A DNA stretch of 61,741 nucleotides, filler included, from Basidiobolus ranarum (GCA_040143965.1; 13 parts of 13 records of this genome joined end to end with filler, not necessarily neighbours in it); one strand, 5' to 3'; positions 1 to 14,442 are shown, numbered from the whole stretch's first letter. Notes: generated by a model not told the origin, from the sequence alone. Numbers and translations are program-made.

Positions 1-1702
1 AACCACTTATTCTAGTCTACTTCTCACCAACCAAGGCAATACCATCACACACCCCACCTTCTAAACCACAATCGAACCAACCGTACAAAGAGAAAAAGAA
101 GTCGACCATTTCGAGTCACTCAGTCTCTGAGCCAACGCAACTCGCCCTAGCCTCAAGACCATCCCAGATCGTTCAAAATACTGAAGAACTTCCGAGTAAA
201 AAATCCACTCTGGCAACAAATCTTCAACTGAACAATGACCCCCTTCCAACCTCGCCGTACGACTCGAAGTCTGCAACCCTCGCTTCTTCCACTAGATTTC
301 TGTTGGTGGTTTATTGCTCACTAACAATAGCCTATGTGATGTGCTAGTAGCCAAGAGTAAATTGCATATATCGTGTGGATGACCAACATTAATACGAATA
401 TTTAATGGAACAACAGCTTGTAATCTAACATTATTCAGTAATAAAAAGGATTCTGCTATTTTCAATGCTTTGAGAATACCACAAGTTAAGGGAGATGTCC
501 AGTTTTCACCTAAAATTTACTTCCTTTTCTGTTGTTACTCGTACCCAACTCCATTTTCCGTACTTAATTGGTCATCAATTCTCCTTCCAATATTAGTATT
601 TCAATTCCATCTGTTGATCGTTTTTCGAAGTACTCTCCGATTCCGTAAGAAGATTTGCCAACGTACTGTTCCACGACTCTATCCAAACTCGTTCTTTCGT
701 AGTATCATTCTCATACAACAAGTTTCTATCCCAGGGTTTTCAGTAGATACCTTCATAGTGTTCATTTTTTTCAAGTCTATTACTAAGCTTTGTGTCTCGT
801 GTATATCGGATATGAAGTGTAGTTTCACCAGTATATGACAAGACTCTCCCGTAACAATATCAAAGTTGGCCTAAGGTGCGTGGGAAGAGCCAATGGGATG
901 TCTAACGTATGTTACCACTCAAACCAGGAATTCTTCACCTCCACCGTGACAATGTTGGGGAAAAGTAAGACTGTCTTGAAAAGGTAGAATGGTAGTAGCT
1001 CTAGCTATCTAATACATAAAATTAAGTTATTTTTAACCTATATTCTAGTTAGCTTTATCCCTCTCTTTCGAAAAATAAAGAAACGAGAGGTTTCATAACA
1101 AGTGAGCGAAAAGGTTTCACTTTCTTTTTACCTCATCCCCCTTTCCATCAAGCATCAGCCGATCGACTCCTTTCAGCTGGGAAGATACCCAATAAGTTAA
1201 GGAATTGTGGAGTGGATAAATCTGAACGAAGCTCCATGTTGGATAATGCAGTTGCACAGATAAAGATGTGATTCAATGTAAGAGAATAATTTATTAATAG
1301 CCAAATGAAAACGAAATGCATCACATCACACAAAGGCATACACTTGGTGATTTGGCAAGAATGAGCATCTAATGATTGATACAATATAATTATACTCTTT
1401 AGAATGTCACCATCAACATCACTATTTCCCCATGATTCTAGAAAAGCGGTAATTCCGAATTTAAAATAGGTTTACTCTTATTGTTTGTATGAAATATGTT
1501 AGCTATGCATGTCGATGAAATATGGAATAATGATCAACAATACCATCTAAAGAGAGAATATGGATAACTGAGGAAAAGTATCTACTAGAAGTCAGCAAAG
1601 CTAATAAAGAAATGAGCTCATTTGTGAGCAAGCCATAAGGTAAAATGATTGATTGGAGGCTGGTGAATATATCAAATCGGTCAATTGGTTGTTCACGAAC
1701 TG

Positions 1703-3394
1703 TTATACGCCTCTAGGGGCGCCACCGATCATAGCATCGTAGAAGGAAGCTCCTCCCATATATGCCTCACCGTTACCCGAAGGAAACCCACCGGATACAT
1801 CCCCTTCGGGCGCACTCTTAGGAGGTCTAGGTGGATTTCCACAACGATCTTTGCCATAATTTATGCGAAAGTTTGCATATTCGGGGTTTGATTTGATACC
1901 ATCGATGGCTTTGACTGCAGAAAGAATATTGGTAAAATTAACGAATGCGCAATTCTTGTCTTTCAACATATTCACCAACTCGATCTCTCCAAACACCGAA
2001 AAATCTTGTTTGAGTTTATCTTCATCAATGGCATCGTCAATATTCCCAATGTATACGTTCCTAGTTGCCCCAGATTGCGCCGCCATGGCTACAGCAGGGG
2101 GGAGTGGGATGCTTTTACCCCAACCAACTTTGAGACGTCTATTCTTGATAACAATCCCGCTATAATTCGCAAGATTGTAGAAATTCATGGCGGCCCCAGG
2201 ATCAATAAAGCTAACAAATGCAATATGCTTGTCAGTCATAAAGCGGATCTGGTGAAGGATACCGCCTCTGACAACATTACATATATCTTCACACGTGGTT
2301 TCAGGGTGTATATTACCCAGATAAATGGTTCGGTTGCTAGCAGGGCTCATTCCACCATATGCAGAGGCAAGATACCCACCACTCTGGCCAGTTGGGTCGA
2401 CTCCCATACCATTAGAGGCATATGGATCAAAGCCCATCCCACCGTAAGCACCCGGAAAGCTGGGATATCCCATGGTTCCCATTCCCGCACCAACAGGAAA
2501 ACCAATATTCTGGAAAGACTTTGGAGTTTGAGCACATCTGTCTTTGCCGTAGTTGACTCTTTTACCGGCCCATTGAGAATCCGATTGTAAAGTAGAAACG
2601 CACTTCACAGCAGTCGAAATTGACAAAAAATGAACAAATCCAATATTCTTCTCCCTAAGGATCTTGATATTATCGATAGGACCGAAAACCGAAAGATCTT
2701 CCTTAATTTTCTCTTCAGTAATTGAATCTTCCAAGCTTCCAAGGAAAACATTTCTACTGGCCCCCGATTGAACAGCAACAAGGACATTAGTGGGAACGGG
2801 AGAGGGTTTTCCCCATCCAACTTTGAGATCTTGGCCCTTCACTGAGAGTTTTCGGATACTTGCTTCGTGGTAAAAAGTTGCAGCACTGGTACCATCCAAG
2901 AATGAGATAAAAATACAACTCTTTTCAGGCAAAACTTTGATATTTTCAACAGGTCCACCTTTAACTTGGTTAAGTACTTCATCAACAGGAGTATCGGATG
3001 GAACGTTTCCAATGTAAATAGTTCTCCCTGATCAAAAATCATCAAATTTCAGCTAAGAGATATCAACAAGGATAAACATGCGAGTGAAGAGTATACCTTG
3101 TGCACCAGGATATTGGCCAGTGGCTCCATATGAACCAGCACCCTGAAGTTGAGCCATACTATTATATTGCCCCATAGCCGAGTATTGTGACATGCTTTGA
3201 GGATATTGCGGAGGCATCATCATGGGGTGTCCCATGGAGTACTGATTGTATAGATCGCTAGCAGAACCCGTAGGAAGGCCTAAACCGATATTGGATGCGT
3301 CGCCAGCCAGTGAAGGATGGTTATAGTTTTGACCGAAACGGGGCTTTTTAGTGGAATCCTGTGAATGGTTTCCGTATTCGCTACTTCTTTTCAT
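1703..3394 (-). CDS. nrd1: Multi-RRM RNA-binding protein, S. pombe Nrd1 / S. cerevisiae Mrn1 family; 2 exons (3394-3097, 3027-1703)
   Basis: Four RRMs with RNP2 motifs RTIYIGNV, RNVFLGSL, RTIYLGNI and RNVYIGNI, plus repeated LKVGWGK and YGKDRC signatures. GTATAC...CAG intron at 3096-3028 joins the 113-aa N-terminal ORF in frame. Not the S. cerevisiae NRD1 termination factor. Confidence 0.9.
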
Positions 3395-4672
3395 ATTGAA
3401 GAATTAGGAAGATTGTAAAGTCGAGTGTCTGGAGCGTGAGAATTGAATATTGTAAAGGATTGGAAGGAGAGTATACCAAGCCACAGGAAAGCAAGCGTCA
3501 GAAGAATCCGATAAACAAAAAAAGTAGAAAAAGGAATAGTTAAAATAAGTAGATACTAGCGGAAAAGTTGACCGAATTTGAAAGTTGCAAACCAATAAAG
3601 ATCAAGGAGAAAAGTGTTCAGCACCAGAAAAACTAAAGCGGTACTTTTTTGTTGAGGTCAAATAAACCAAGCAATACAAACGAACTATTGTAAAAGCCTT
3701 CAGCAAATTGAAAAGCGTAGTGTAAGGAAAAACGATGAAGTGTTGAATACTAATAGTACAGTGCTAAAGCGCAAAAAATTTGGAGAATAAAAAGGTCAGG
3801 AAATTTAGTATCGACCATCAAAATTGGATGAAAATATAAATGAAAGCAATGAATCAAGAATTTGAACACATATGCTCTTAACTGAAAACTGCTCCTAATA
3901 AAACAGAACATTGACACTTACAAACTCGACTTCAAAGTATTGGACGCTTGTGCATACAAAGGTACTCGAGAAGGTTGATTTATTAATGGAGAAGCGGGGG
4001 TTCTAAGTACTTCCGAAAAAAATGAGCTAAAAAAAAAGTAAATTGCAAGTATAGTTATGTTATTAGATCCTACTGAGACCCCACTTCGCCTGGACAAACG
4101 AGATTGGGTGATATTATGTGATTGGAGTGGAAACGAATTTAGGGTTAGTATTATATTTATCATTATTATATCCTCTGGCATAAGATTCAATGCTCATATA
4201 TAGTTGTGGGGATGGATAAGCGGATAAGCGGGTATGGATATATATATTTATAGCCCGTAGAGGATCGACAATCGCTACTATATTATGGGTCATTGTTGAA
4301 TAGTGAACAAGGTAAGATACCCGCATACATCCTTCCTTTGTTCTTTACAGGTAAAGTCTGGACTCCATTGGCTTCATCTACATACATTTGCATCACTATG
4401 ATTGAGCATATTTTCGTGCATGCTCAATGGTAGATTCGTAAATCATGGACATTGTTATGCGACTCTTTGTTAGTCAAAGCAAAGCATATACATGGAGAGT
4501 AAATGCTTGCTTAGGCAATGTATCAAGCCTAGTTAGCATGATTTGATTTGAGGATCTTCAAGATCATTCGTGACTTTGATTTGATCATGAAACTCATGTT
4601 TGCAGCAGTGTAGAGGAAAGGAGAGTTTCCTCTTTGTCTCTAACATATTTCTAACTCCTCTCGCTGCTATGT

Positions 4673-4772
4673 NNNNNNNNNNNNNNNNNNNNNNNNNNNN
4701 NNNNNNNNNNNNNNNNTTAATTAATTAANNNNNNNNNNNNNNNNNNNNNNNNNNNNNNNNNNNNNNNNNNNN
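4673..4772. other. Assembly linker N44-TTAATTAATTAA-N44 (first of 12; others start at 9443, 14212, 18978, 23741, 28501, 33260, 38017, 42765, 47512, 52257, 57000)
   Basis: Identical 100-nt spacer carrying stop codons in all six frames; the flanking contigs decrease monotonically in length. Confidence 0.98.
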
Positions 4773-4895
4773 CTAAAATTTATGCAGCAAAATTTGGCAC
4801 TATCCAGCACCCTCTGGCATGATCAATTTCAATCACATTTACCCTAATATATTGATCCAAGGTCCAATAAATCCTGGCACAATAGAACAAGTCCA

Positions 4896-5520
4896 TCATC
4901 TTGATATATTATGGTAGGATTGCCTTGATCATATTCTAATTCCTTGAGAAGGCTCCTTGAGTATCTAGCTTTGTGAGCAGCCATAAAGCTTGCCATATAT
5001 TCTGCCTCTGTAGTTGATTATACAGTAGTTTGTTATTTCCTTGTAATTCAGCTAGCTTAAACACTAATCCAGTCCAGAGCTTATGAAATTCTACATTGTT
5101 AGTCTAGTCTGAATCAACATATCTCTCTGAAATGTTACATGTGCTGTGCTGTTTACAAAACTGAATTCCATGATGTCTTGTTCCTTTCAGATAATGTGCT
5201 ATCTGTTTCACCACTGTCTCATGCACCATTGAAGGATTTTCAATATATTTACTCACTATGCTTACAACTGTAGTACTAGCAGGCTTGATACCTTTTGTTG
5301 CATATAGGAGACTTTCAACTGCACTATATTATGGAATATGTTTCATTAATGCCAACATCTTTGGAAATTCTTGGTTCCATATCATTAGTGAGTTTCAGCA
5401 TACGTAGGCAACATGAAGCTGTTTTTCAGTATGACATATTACCATTATTTAAAGCATTCCCAATATAATTTTCTTGTGAAATACACAATTGGACACAACG
5501 CTTTTTTTGGAGATGTTGTA
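4896..5520 (-). mobile_element. Degenerate Ty1/copia RT-RNase H fragment
   Basis: Minus-strand translation gives STTEAEYMAS...LLKELEYDQGNPTIIYQD, typical of copia RNase H; many stops. Confidence 0.8.
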
Positions 5521-5860
5521 CCTGCCCATACCAAGTTACCCAATATAGTATTGCCAAATTAAGATTTTGGGTAACTGACAAAGCAAGTTCATCCCTTGGT
5601 TTATAACTTACCATTTACTGAATGTGTAACAATAAGCAATTTATACTGTAACTTACCCAATGAAATGTATAACCCAGACACTCACATGTTTTTAGGCCAA
5701 TTGTTTGTCCCTCACTATCACAATATCCTGATTTCTGATTGGGCGCAATGGCTCCTCCATTATGAAACATCAGTAGTTTTTGTACACAAGTGACAAATCA
5801 CAGAACTCAAAGATGGATTGATCTGCAGTATGATAGTAATGATCAGGATCACTTGATTTA
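5521..5860 (+). repeat. Dispersed repeat, subterminal/internal part of a TIR-like element (other copies at ~23340-23740 and ~26856-27250)
   Basis: The block ccaagttacccaat...tttgggtaactgacaaagcaagttcatccc...gatcaggat recurs in three contigs. Confidence 0.85.
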
Positions 5861-6154
5861 TTGTGATCCAACTAAAGCAATTTTGGCTATATTTAACTGT
5901 GATCCATATCAATTTTGCATGATTGGCTAAACAGTAAAGAGAGGATAATATAAGTATTGACAAGAGCATTCAGTGGTTGCCCAGGTTTGAAGTGGTAGAC
6001 TGTTCAATAATTCTTGCAGTTGGCCTTTGTTACTGTTGCATGGTTGTATGCATTAAACCAGTTTGTCTTTCTGGTGGCATATTCCTTGGAGCTAACTCTT
6101 CTCCAGATATAAAAAGCTCACTGGTTGATTTGGTTGAATCATGTAAATCATGTG

Positions 6155-6780
6155 CTATGATATGTGAGAATGCAAGCCATCCTCTTTCTGGTTCTTCATC
6201 AACTGCTTGCTCTTCATCAAAAACAGGAGAAACGTCACTGACTCTTCAAAGCTGGCATTGCTATTGATGTGTACTACTAGCTGATGAGCCAACTTGTTGT
6301 TCTCTTGCCCTTGTTGAAGGTGTTTCCTCATTTCAAATGGTGAGTTGTGTAAGTTCTTCTTGTGATATAGATACCTTGTTAGGAGTCTCTTTGATTTGGA
6401 GTGATCTAGTAAATCTGTGCAAAGGTCTAGACTGCTCCAATTTGCCTTTGGGAATATCTTCTGATTCAATAAATTGTTTTGTTTTTCTCTGAAAATATCT
6501 GTTGATTACTCTTGCCATAGTGTCCTGAAATGTTGTTTTGAACTCTGCAACCTCCATCAACAGATGCTGCAAAGTCTCATTGAGTAGTGGTAGAAATCTC
6601 TTTAGAGCATCTTTTGTCTCTAAAGCTGAGGCTGCAATGGTTGCTTCTTGTGCCTACAAGCAGAAACATGATTGAAATTGTGTCTTTGCAGACACAAAAT
6701 CAAAATTCCTATTTCTCAGCTCACACTTTCCATCTTCATGAATCTTATTTTATATTTTCTTGTAGACCTCTGAAGGCATG
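6155..6780 (-). repeat. Repeated degenerate ORF of an unidentified mobile element (second copy at 28142-28500, + strand)
   Basis: LLMEVAEFKxTFQD...QFIESEDIxKGKLEQSRPLxR is present in both copies; CpG-poor and disrupted. Confidence 0.7.
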
Positions 6781-7401
6781 AAGATATAGTATTCTCTCCA
6801 AAGCAGAGTCAAAAGTTGCTTCCATTTTTGTCTAATGCCCCATTGCCCAGCTTCTGTCATGTTTATCAATAACTCCCATATACCCAAGCAAGAATTCATA
6901 GTGGATACCTGGGCATCTGTAAATTATTAGGTGTGCACTGCTTTGTGCCACCCACACCTTAACTTGACTGCTTATGGTAAACTTTGGAAGTGGTGGCTTC
7001 CTTTACCATAGTAGGTTGTGAACCAGGAAGAATCTGTTTTGACAATAAACATAACTACCACATATATCTATGATGTTAGATTTATTGGTTTCAGTTAGAA
7101 TTAGGGATCTTTGTATATTATAGGTTAAAATGTCAAAGTTAATTTTCTATAGTGTGATCAAGCATAATACATTCAGCTTTGAGCCATTTTGATATATATG
7201 CAAAATAAAGTGATTCAAATCAAACTATGCTTAACTTTGCTGATGAGGTTTATTATATAATTTGCATGCAATTACACATAATTGAAATAATTAGGAAAAT
7301 AAATGCAAACAGAAATTTTACTTTACTGAATGTAGGGAATTTTAGTATGATAATTGAAATTCTTAAATAAATAACTCTTGCACACCAGATTCATCAGTAT
7401 C

Positions 7402-8130
7402 ATGCCAGCTGAATACAGGATTGATATCATGCTCTCCATCTACTCTAAATGATCATTCCTCATCAATTCAAAAGCAACTATTGGCTTTCCTATCACCACC
7501 CTAGAAGCTATATTTGAGAAGTACTGTGGCTCATATACTCCAATACCTACCAGAAAGCAGATAGTCAATTTGTTTTGTTACTACAAAAACTATTGCTCAA
7601 TCAGATTTCAGTGCTCTATTGATGGTAGTTAAAGTTGAAGAAGCTTCCATACCAGGCTTCAAGTAAGTGAGAATTATCTACCTTCAGTGATGAATGATGT
7701 TGAAGGTGCCTGGGACAAAAGATTTAGAGACTCTAGTTTCCTTACATTTCCTGGAGTATTTCGCAATAGAGTTCATATCAGAAGTTTTCATGACACATTT
7801 CCTGTGAGAATTAACAGGCGCAGAAGCAACCAAAAGCTATTCTATTCTGGCAAGTACAAAGCTCACTGTGTAAAGTTCCAGGCTTAGATAGATTTTGATG
7901 GGAACATCATTTGGTTTAGTGGGCCACATCCAGGGAGACACCACAATAAAAGGCTTTGGATTGAGAGTCATGCACCATTTGTAAGATATGAGAAGACTAT
8001 GGTTGATTTGACATATGTTAGGGAAGAATGCAGAAGGCTAGGATGTGTCACAGCTAACAAGAGGCCAAGTGGAGGGATACTCACAGAGAGGCAAGAGCTT
8101 TACAATGACATTTTTTCCCATTTCCCTGAC
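7402..8130 (+). mobile_element. PIF/Harbinger- or ISL2EU-like DDE transposase relic
   Basis: Motifs IDGS (~7618), FYSGKYKAHCVKFQ, DGNIIWFSGPHPG and VDLTY resemble DDE_Tnp_4 transposases; stops and frameshifts present. Confidence 0.65.
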
Positions 8131-10879
8131 AAAAAAAATTTTAGATTTGTATTTCATATGTTTTTCTTACTGTTGCATGATGGCATTATTCTGATATTGC
8201 AACAATTTTCTTATTGGTTGTCTACCAGTCTTCTTTTTGTCCATTTTATAATGGTATTCCTACCCCTATATTTGTGTTTTGTCTGGTTTTCCTCTGGTAT
8301 TCATTCCCATATTTTCCATAGGGATTTTAGATCAAGAGTAGATCATAGCTTTGGTTTCCTAAAGAGATAAACATTGTAGCAGGAAAGTATGGACAAAAAT
8401 CATTTTGTGGGCCTTAGTCAAAGTTAAGCAAAGTTGTCAAAATCTTGATTAATTCTCAGTACATTCATACTCAAAGATATCCATTGAGAGCTCCAGACTT
8501 AAGACACTATGAATAAAGCTTTCATCATGTTTTGAATGCACAAAAATGTCTAAAAGTACTTTTTGTAAATATACCACAGAAGTAAAACTACTGTTGCTAG
8601 AATGGTAAATAACATTGTGCCAGATAGTGCCCAATCATGCCAATTTGTGCTGGCACTCTTTTTAGCTGGGCTGATCTAACACAATAAAATGGAACAAATC
8701 TTATATACAGTAATCAGCTTTATCAAAGTGAAAAAGATGCTGAATGGAGATGTGATTGATTTTAGTATTCCATACACAAGGAGCCTGTTTCAGACAATAT
8801 AGACTCCTCTGTATATATCATATTTGATAATCCTTTCTTTAGGCATTGAATCTCTCTGATTGATCCATGTGTACATCTTTATCAATTTCTCCATTTGGAA
8901 ACACTGTGCTAATATCATTAGTTCAATCAGCATTCCTTGGCAAATAGCAATAGCCAAGATTACCCTGATTTACATAAACTTAGTAATAGAAGAAATTACT
9001 TGATCATAGTCAGTGATATGCTTCTGTGCCTAGCTGTGTACTAATGGTCCTGCTTTATACCAGTTAAAAGAGCAATCTGAGTCAAGGTTCAGTTTCAACA
9101 TCCATCAGTTGACATCAGTTTCACTTCCAGTAGAAGATTTACAAAGATACAGATTTAATACTTGATTAGGGATTGGATTTCATCAACAGTAACTTTTCTT
9201 CATTCTGTTGCTTTTTCAGATCACAGAGCTTGGGGCATATTTTCTGGTTTAAAAGGGCAATGTGTAAGATATATTGCATCCTTTTTCTGTGTTGACTTCA
9301 ATGATTCCATGCTCTGATTTGAGACATCCAAAGTTCATGCTAGAAAGGCCAGATATTTCACTTACAGGATTTTCTGATTTTCACCTGGTAGGATTTCTGA
9401 GACTTGGTTGTCTAAATTTTGTGATTGATTGATTACTTCCAGNNNNNNNNNNNNNNNNNNNNNNNNNNNNNNNNNNNNNNNNNNNNTTAATTAATTAANN
9501 NNNNNNNNNNNNNNNNNNNNNNNNNNNNNNNNNNNNNNNNNNCACAAATCTTAGCAGCTTAAGTTTCAGTTAAGTGATGCAATATTCAGAATTATCAATA
9601 TGTTAGTATTAACAATATATTAGCACTACCAGTATATCAGTATTACCCCCCAATCAGGTTTATGAGTATGATCATTTATCAGTTATGTAGATATCAATCA
9701 GATTAGTCTGCACTAATTTAATGTTCCAGTAGCTGATCATAGTTAGGCAGTAGGTAGTGTTGTGATCATATTCATTGAAGGTCACATAGTCATATCCCTT
9801 CCCTTTGAGTAGGTCATGCAATCACCTTCATTGTGCCAACCCAACATGTAGCAGCTAATTGCTATGCCACCCAAGATGTCTTGGCCAAGAGCTGTGCCAT
9901 CCCACCATGATGAGTACTCAGTGGTTGAGTCATTACTCATCTAATGTACCAGTCTAAATACATATACAGGATTGTCTAACACATTAAACCACAGTTCAGT
10001 TTTGGTGAATACAAATATAACTTACTCAACCTGCTATAATACTTGGCTACTTTAGTATCATGAGACTACACTGTCAGCCCTGGCCTTGATGGACTTTTTT
10101 CTGTAGAAATTTGCAAAATCCTGTTTGAAAATGTTGTGATTACTAATATAAAGGGTGTAAATGCTTTAGTCTGCAACAAAATTTTAGAGTTCCAAGGATT
10201 TTTGGGCCAAAGAACAAATAATCCTATCCTGATAAAGCCACTTGACTAGTAGTAACATGATATAGCTTACTCATCTGATGCCTCATCCTAAGTATATATA
10301 TAGCGACATCTTTCTTACCACGACCTGCTTTGCTGCTGGGAAAAGTGCTCTGAATTTGATAGCATCTACAAACACTAATTGTTTACCAATATCATTGCTG
10401 TTACCCCAAAATATGCTGTCACAAAGCAAGCATGAGTACTCTCATGTTACATTCAAAGCTTCCCCCTAAATATCTAGACAAGTTTTTGACACCAATTTTA
10501 TGCTCTATTCATACACTAGTGGGAAATGGCTCAATGGCAGGGGGTCAATGAATTATTCAATAAGTTATTTGATATAGTAATGCTATGTAATCACAGATAG
10601 AGTGGTCCATTTCAAAAGGTTAACTACCAAGTCCCATCAGATTCACAAGCTGGCAAATTTGTCCCCTAATCATATTTAGAGCTTTATCAATCATGTTGAC
10701 TATCTGAGATTAAACCAGGAGAAGCCTATCTTCTTGAAACATCTCCCTCACAGGAGACTATGAACTTTTAATATGATCAGTCCTACTGTGCAAAGCAGGA
10801 TTCCAGGTCAAGAAAGTAGATCTTTGATTGAGTTGATTGGTGGCAGTGAGTTCAAATTGCTTGAATTTCAGTCTGCAAC

Positions 10880-11630
10880 AAGATTCATTAACCATACATC
10901 CTTTGGTGATGCTTCAGTTATAGCATTATATTTGCCTTTGGCAGTTGGCAAAGCTATGGTTGGTTATTCTCTGCTATTCAAGAATAGAGGTCATTCTCCA
11001 ATGTCAAAGCTATATGCAGTTGTGAAATATGGCCATTCAACCCAGTCAGAATCACAATATCTCAGCAATATATGTTAATAAGTGCATGGTCCATATTTGA
11101 AACAGTAGTCTTTAGTTACTTACTAATTGCATAAATCCTTTTAATAGCAGTCTAGTGTGCTGTTTAAGGATTAATCAACTATTGAGCCACTGTCACTGGA
11201 GCACATGTGAAAACAAATTTTCTTCTAGCTATTACTGATAATATACTTGTAATGGCTGGCACAATAGCTATTTCTTCTCTCTCTTTGAGGGAATGGTGAC
11301 TAATTTCCTTAATCAGCTTAACAATCACAAACATCTTGGTAGACACAGGTTTACAGGCATGCACAGTGATTCCACCTGGAATTCATTGATGTAGCTGCTC
11401 TAATGTATTTGGATGGCCTTCAAAATCTGTCTATAGTAGCTTTAAATCAAACTTATGGCTGAATATCCATATAACTGGTCACTTTATACTCTGCAGAGAG
11501 TTCCTTGTTCACAGCTCCCAGTTTCTTCAGATTGCCTCATATTAGGATCAGTTCTTGAGCATCCAGGCCAATAGTTATTTGCCAAAAAAAGTGGATACTA
11601 TGATCAGATTTGCTATGTATATCTTGCACA
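10880..11630 (-). mobile_element. Old, highly degenerate copia RT/RNase H relic
   Basis: Minus-strand YCDSDW...TTAYSF...PTIALPTAKGKY...VWL matches the copia RNase H consensus. Confidence 0.6.
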
Positions 11631-11634
11631 GAAT

Positions 11635-14211
11635 TGATAAAGGTATTTAGTGGATTGTGAAGTGTTTTGGTCAAAATTTGGATTTGTAATTTAGATACTT
11701 AAGATTTATTGAATTGAATAAGTTTTACTCATATTTTACTAAGAAATAGGACTATTGGATTTGCTTAGATCATAACAAACATGCCTGTTCAGCATAGGTG
11801 GAAACTTGAGATGATTTGGTGTATTCAGAAAAAATAGTGAAAATTGGTAAAAGTGACCTAATTGATGTTTATATCAATTAGAGCAATAAGCACATGTTTT
11901 TGAATGGTTGAAGTGAGTGCTAAATAATCAGAATACAAATAAGCTAACTACTAAATAATTAGGTGCTATTCACCTGATTTTACCATTCCTGCTGAATTAA
12001 TTATTTTTCATTTCTCTTAAACTTAACTAATAACTTAATAATTCAAATTGTGCCTGAGCTACAGGCTTGGTCAAGATTCCAGCAATCATTTCTTCATTGG
12101 GTCAATAGACAAGTTTCATTTATATTGTTCTCTATTGCTTCTTTGACAATATGATGCCTGATACCTATATGTTTTGTTCATGCATGAAATGTAAGGTTAT
12201 TAGCTAATGAAATGCAACTTTGATTATCTTCAAATACAGTAACAGCATGTTTTTGCATGCATCCTTAGTCCATAAGTTACTTCCTTAAACACATAGATTC
12301 TAGTGTAGAAGCAGAGGTAGCCATGTTCTCTGCTTCTGTAGTGGAAAGTGCTATGGTTGCTTGCTTCTTACAATACCCAGTTATGCCTCCATTACCATAG
12401 AGAAGAGTGTACCCAGTTTTTGATCTTCTATCATCAAAGTTTCTTCCCCAGTCTGTTCACTGTAGCCTTCAAAATTTTGTGCATTGAAAGTGGCCAAGTA
12501 TTCCAGAACTAGATCTAGAGTTCCTCTTAAATACCTGAATATTTGTTATACTGCTGTTTTGAGCTCAGATCATGGATTTTTGAGATATTTGATGACAGTT
12601 CCTACTGGCACAGCAATGTCTGGACATGTTCCAACCATTGTATTTGTAAAACAACCCAACATGGATTGATAAGGGAACTGTTGGCTTTGATTTGGGTCAA
12701 TTTGGGCCATATTGGATTAAATTCTTATTAAGTTTGCATTGGGATCCATTGGTGTTGATACAGGCTTATTATTATGTATCTAGACTGATTCAGCATGCTT
12801 TTCCAACTGAGCTTAACTCTCCTAATTTGGACTCCAAGGAAATAACTTAGTTCACCTGTATCAGTCATCTGAAGTTAGTATGATAAGCTGCTTTTGGTCT
12901 GCTTAAGTGCTTCTAGATCATTTATGGCTATTATCAATTTGTCCACATATAGTGCCAAGATCAGAATCCTATTTCTGGTTGTTTTGCTGAAAATATTGTG
13001 ATCTGCTGTGTAATGTTGAAATTAAATGGATTCCAAATAGGTATCTATCTTGTTACACCATGCCCAGGGTGCTTACTTGAATCCATATGGCAATTTCTGC
13101 AATCTAAGTACCTTATTTTGGTGTCTAGATCAATAAATCCATCTGGTTGTACCATATAGATCTTTTCTTTGGGATCTCTATTTAGCAAGACTGTTTTTTC
13201 ATCCATTTGATGTAAATCAAGATTGTGCAAGGCTTCAAATGCCAGGAATGCTTGAATGGAGCTGAACTGAGCTAGTGGAGCTAGGGTTTGATCAAAATCA
13301 ACTCCTAAAGTCTGGAAATTACCTTTTGCAACTAATCTTACTTTGTGCCTTTCTACGGTTCCATCAGCGTGGTTTTGACTTTGTAGACCCATTGGTAGCC
13401 TGTTGGCTTTCTCCCTGATGTTTGAGGATTTAAGGCCAATGTTTAATTTTGTTAAGTGAATAAAGCTCATCAGACATTGCTTTTTCCCAGAATTTTTACT
13501 CAGGACACTCCAGAGCTTAATCTAGAGTCACTGGCATGTCACAGAATGCTGCATAAGCATAGATTTCATCATTAAAAGTGCTCCACCAGCTATGTGGCTT
13601 ATTCCTCCTTCTGGGTGATCTTCTAGGACAAGAATTATCCTCTGATGTAATTGGGGCTAATATCTGGTAGAGTAGGGCTCAGATACAGCTGGAATTTTGT
13701 CAGACACTTCATCAATAGTACTGATTGTGTTTCCTGAGGCAAAAACTGTGGTTTGAGGTGAAAAGTTTGCTTTCTCATCAAAAATCACATCTCTGCACTT
13801 AATTAACTTCTGATTCTTGTTATCAAACAGTTTGTAGGCCTTAGATCCATCACGGTAACTAAGATATATGCATTTCTTGCCTTTGGGTTCCATTTTGGAG
13901 CGTTTTTGAGCTGGAATTAGGCAATATGCTCTGCAATCAAAGTTCCTGAGATCATACACACTGGGTTTTGATTCATAAAGGGATTCAAATGGAGTAGAAT
14001 TTTGTGGCAATGTTCATAGGCATCTGTTTTTGATCTAGACTTTGGAGAAGACAGAATCCACCCAATATTGGTAATCTAACTTTTGATCATCTAACATTGA
14101 GCTTGCCATCTCCACTATTTTCCTATTAGGGCATTCTGCAACTCTATTTTGCTGTGGAGTATATGGTACAGTAGTTTGTTGCATAATTCCATGTTTAAAA
14201 CCAAACTAGCA
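11635..14211 (-). mobile_element. Ty1/copia retrotransposon, family 1: integrase-RT-RNase H plus 3' LTR (11635-11985); 5' end lost at the linker
   Basis: ORF fragments KMEPKGKKCIYL, KVRLVAKG...LHQMD and RNase H motifs in INT-RT-RH order; ~350-bp TG...CA LTR homologous to 22103-22453. Confidence 0.92.
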
Positions 14212-14311
14212 NNNNNNNNNNNNNNNNNNNNNNNNNNNNNNNNNNNNNNNNNNNNTTAATTAATTAANNNNNNNNNNNNNNNNNNNNNNNNNNNNNNNNN
14301 NNNNNNNNNNN

Positions 14312-14442
14312 CTCAACCTCCACAGAATGCTGAGACTCCACAAGCCCCTGATGAGGAAGAACCCAAAGATTCAAGCTCGGGTTGTAGCAGTTGTGGTTGT
14401 AGGCATTGTGGTCGTAGACGCCACTTTGGTCGCAGATATTGA
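14312..14442 (+). CDS. Partial (3' end) copy 0 of the secreted Cys/Arg-tailed protein
   Basis: Translates as QPPQNAETPQAPDEEEPKDSSSGCSSCGCRHCGRRRHFGRRY*, followed by a homologous 3' flank; truncated by the contig start. Confidence 0.85.

Noticed and set aside
1685-3045. Alternative-frame and antisense ORFs over the RRM gene (likewise over the P450, Twinkle, MCR1 and GPI genes)
   Set aside because: These are shadow ORFs of real coding sequence with no recognisable motifs.
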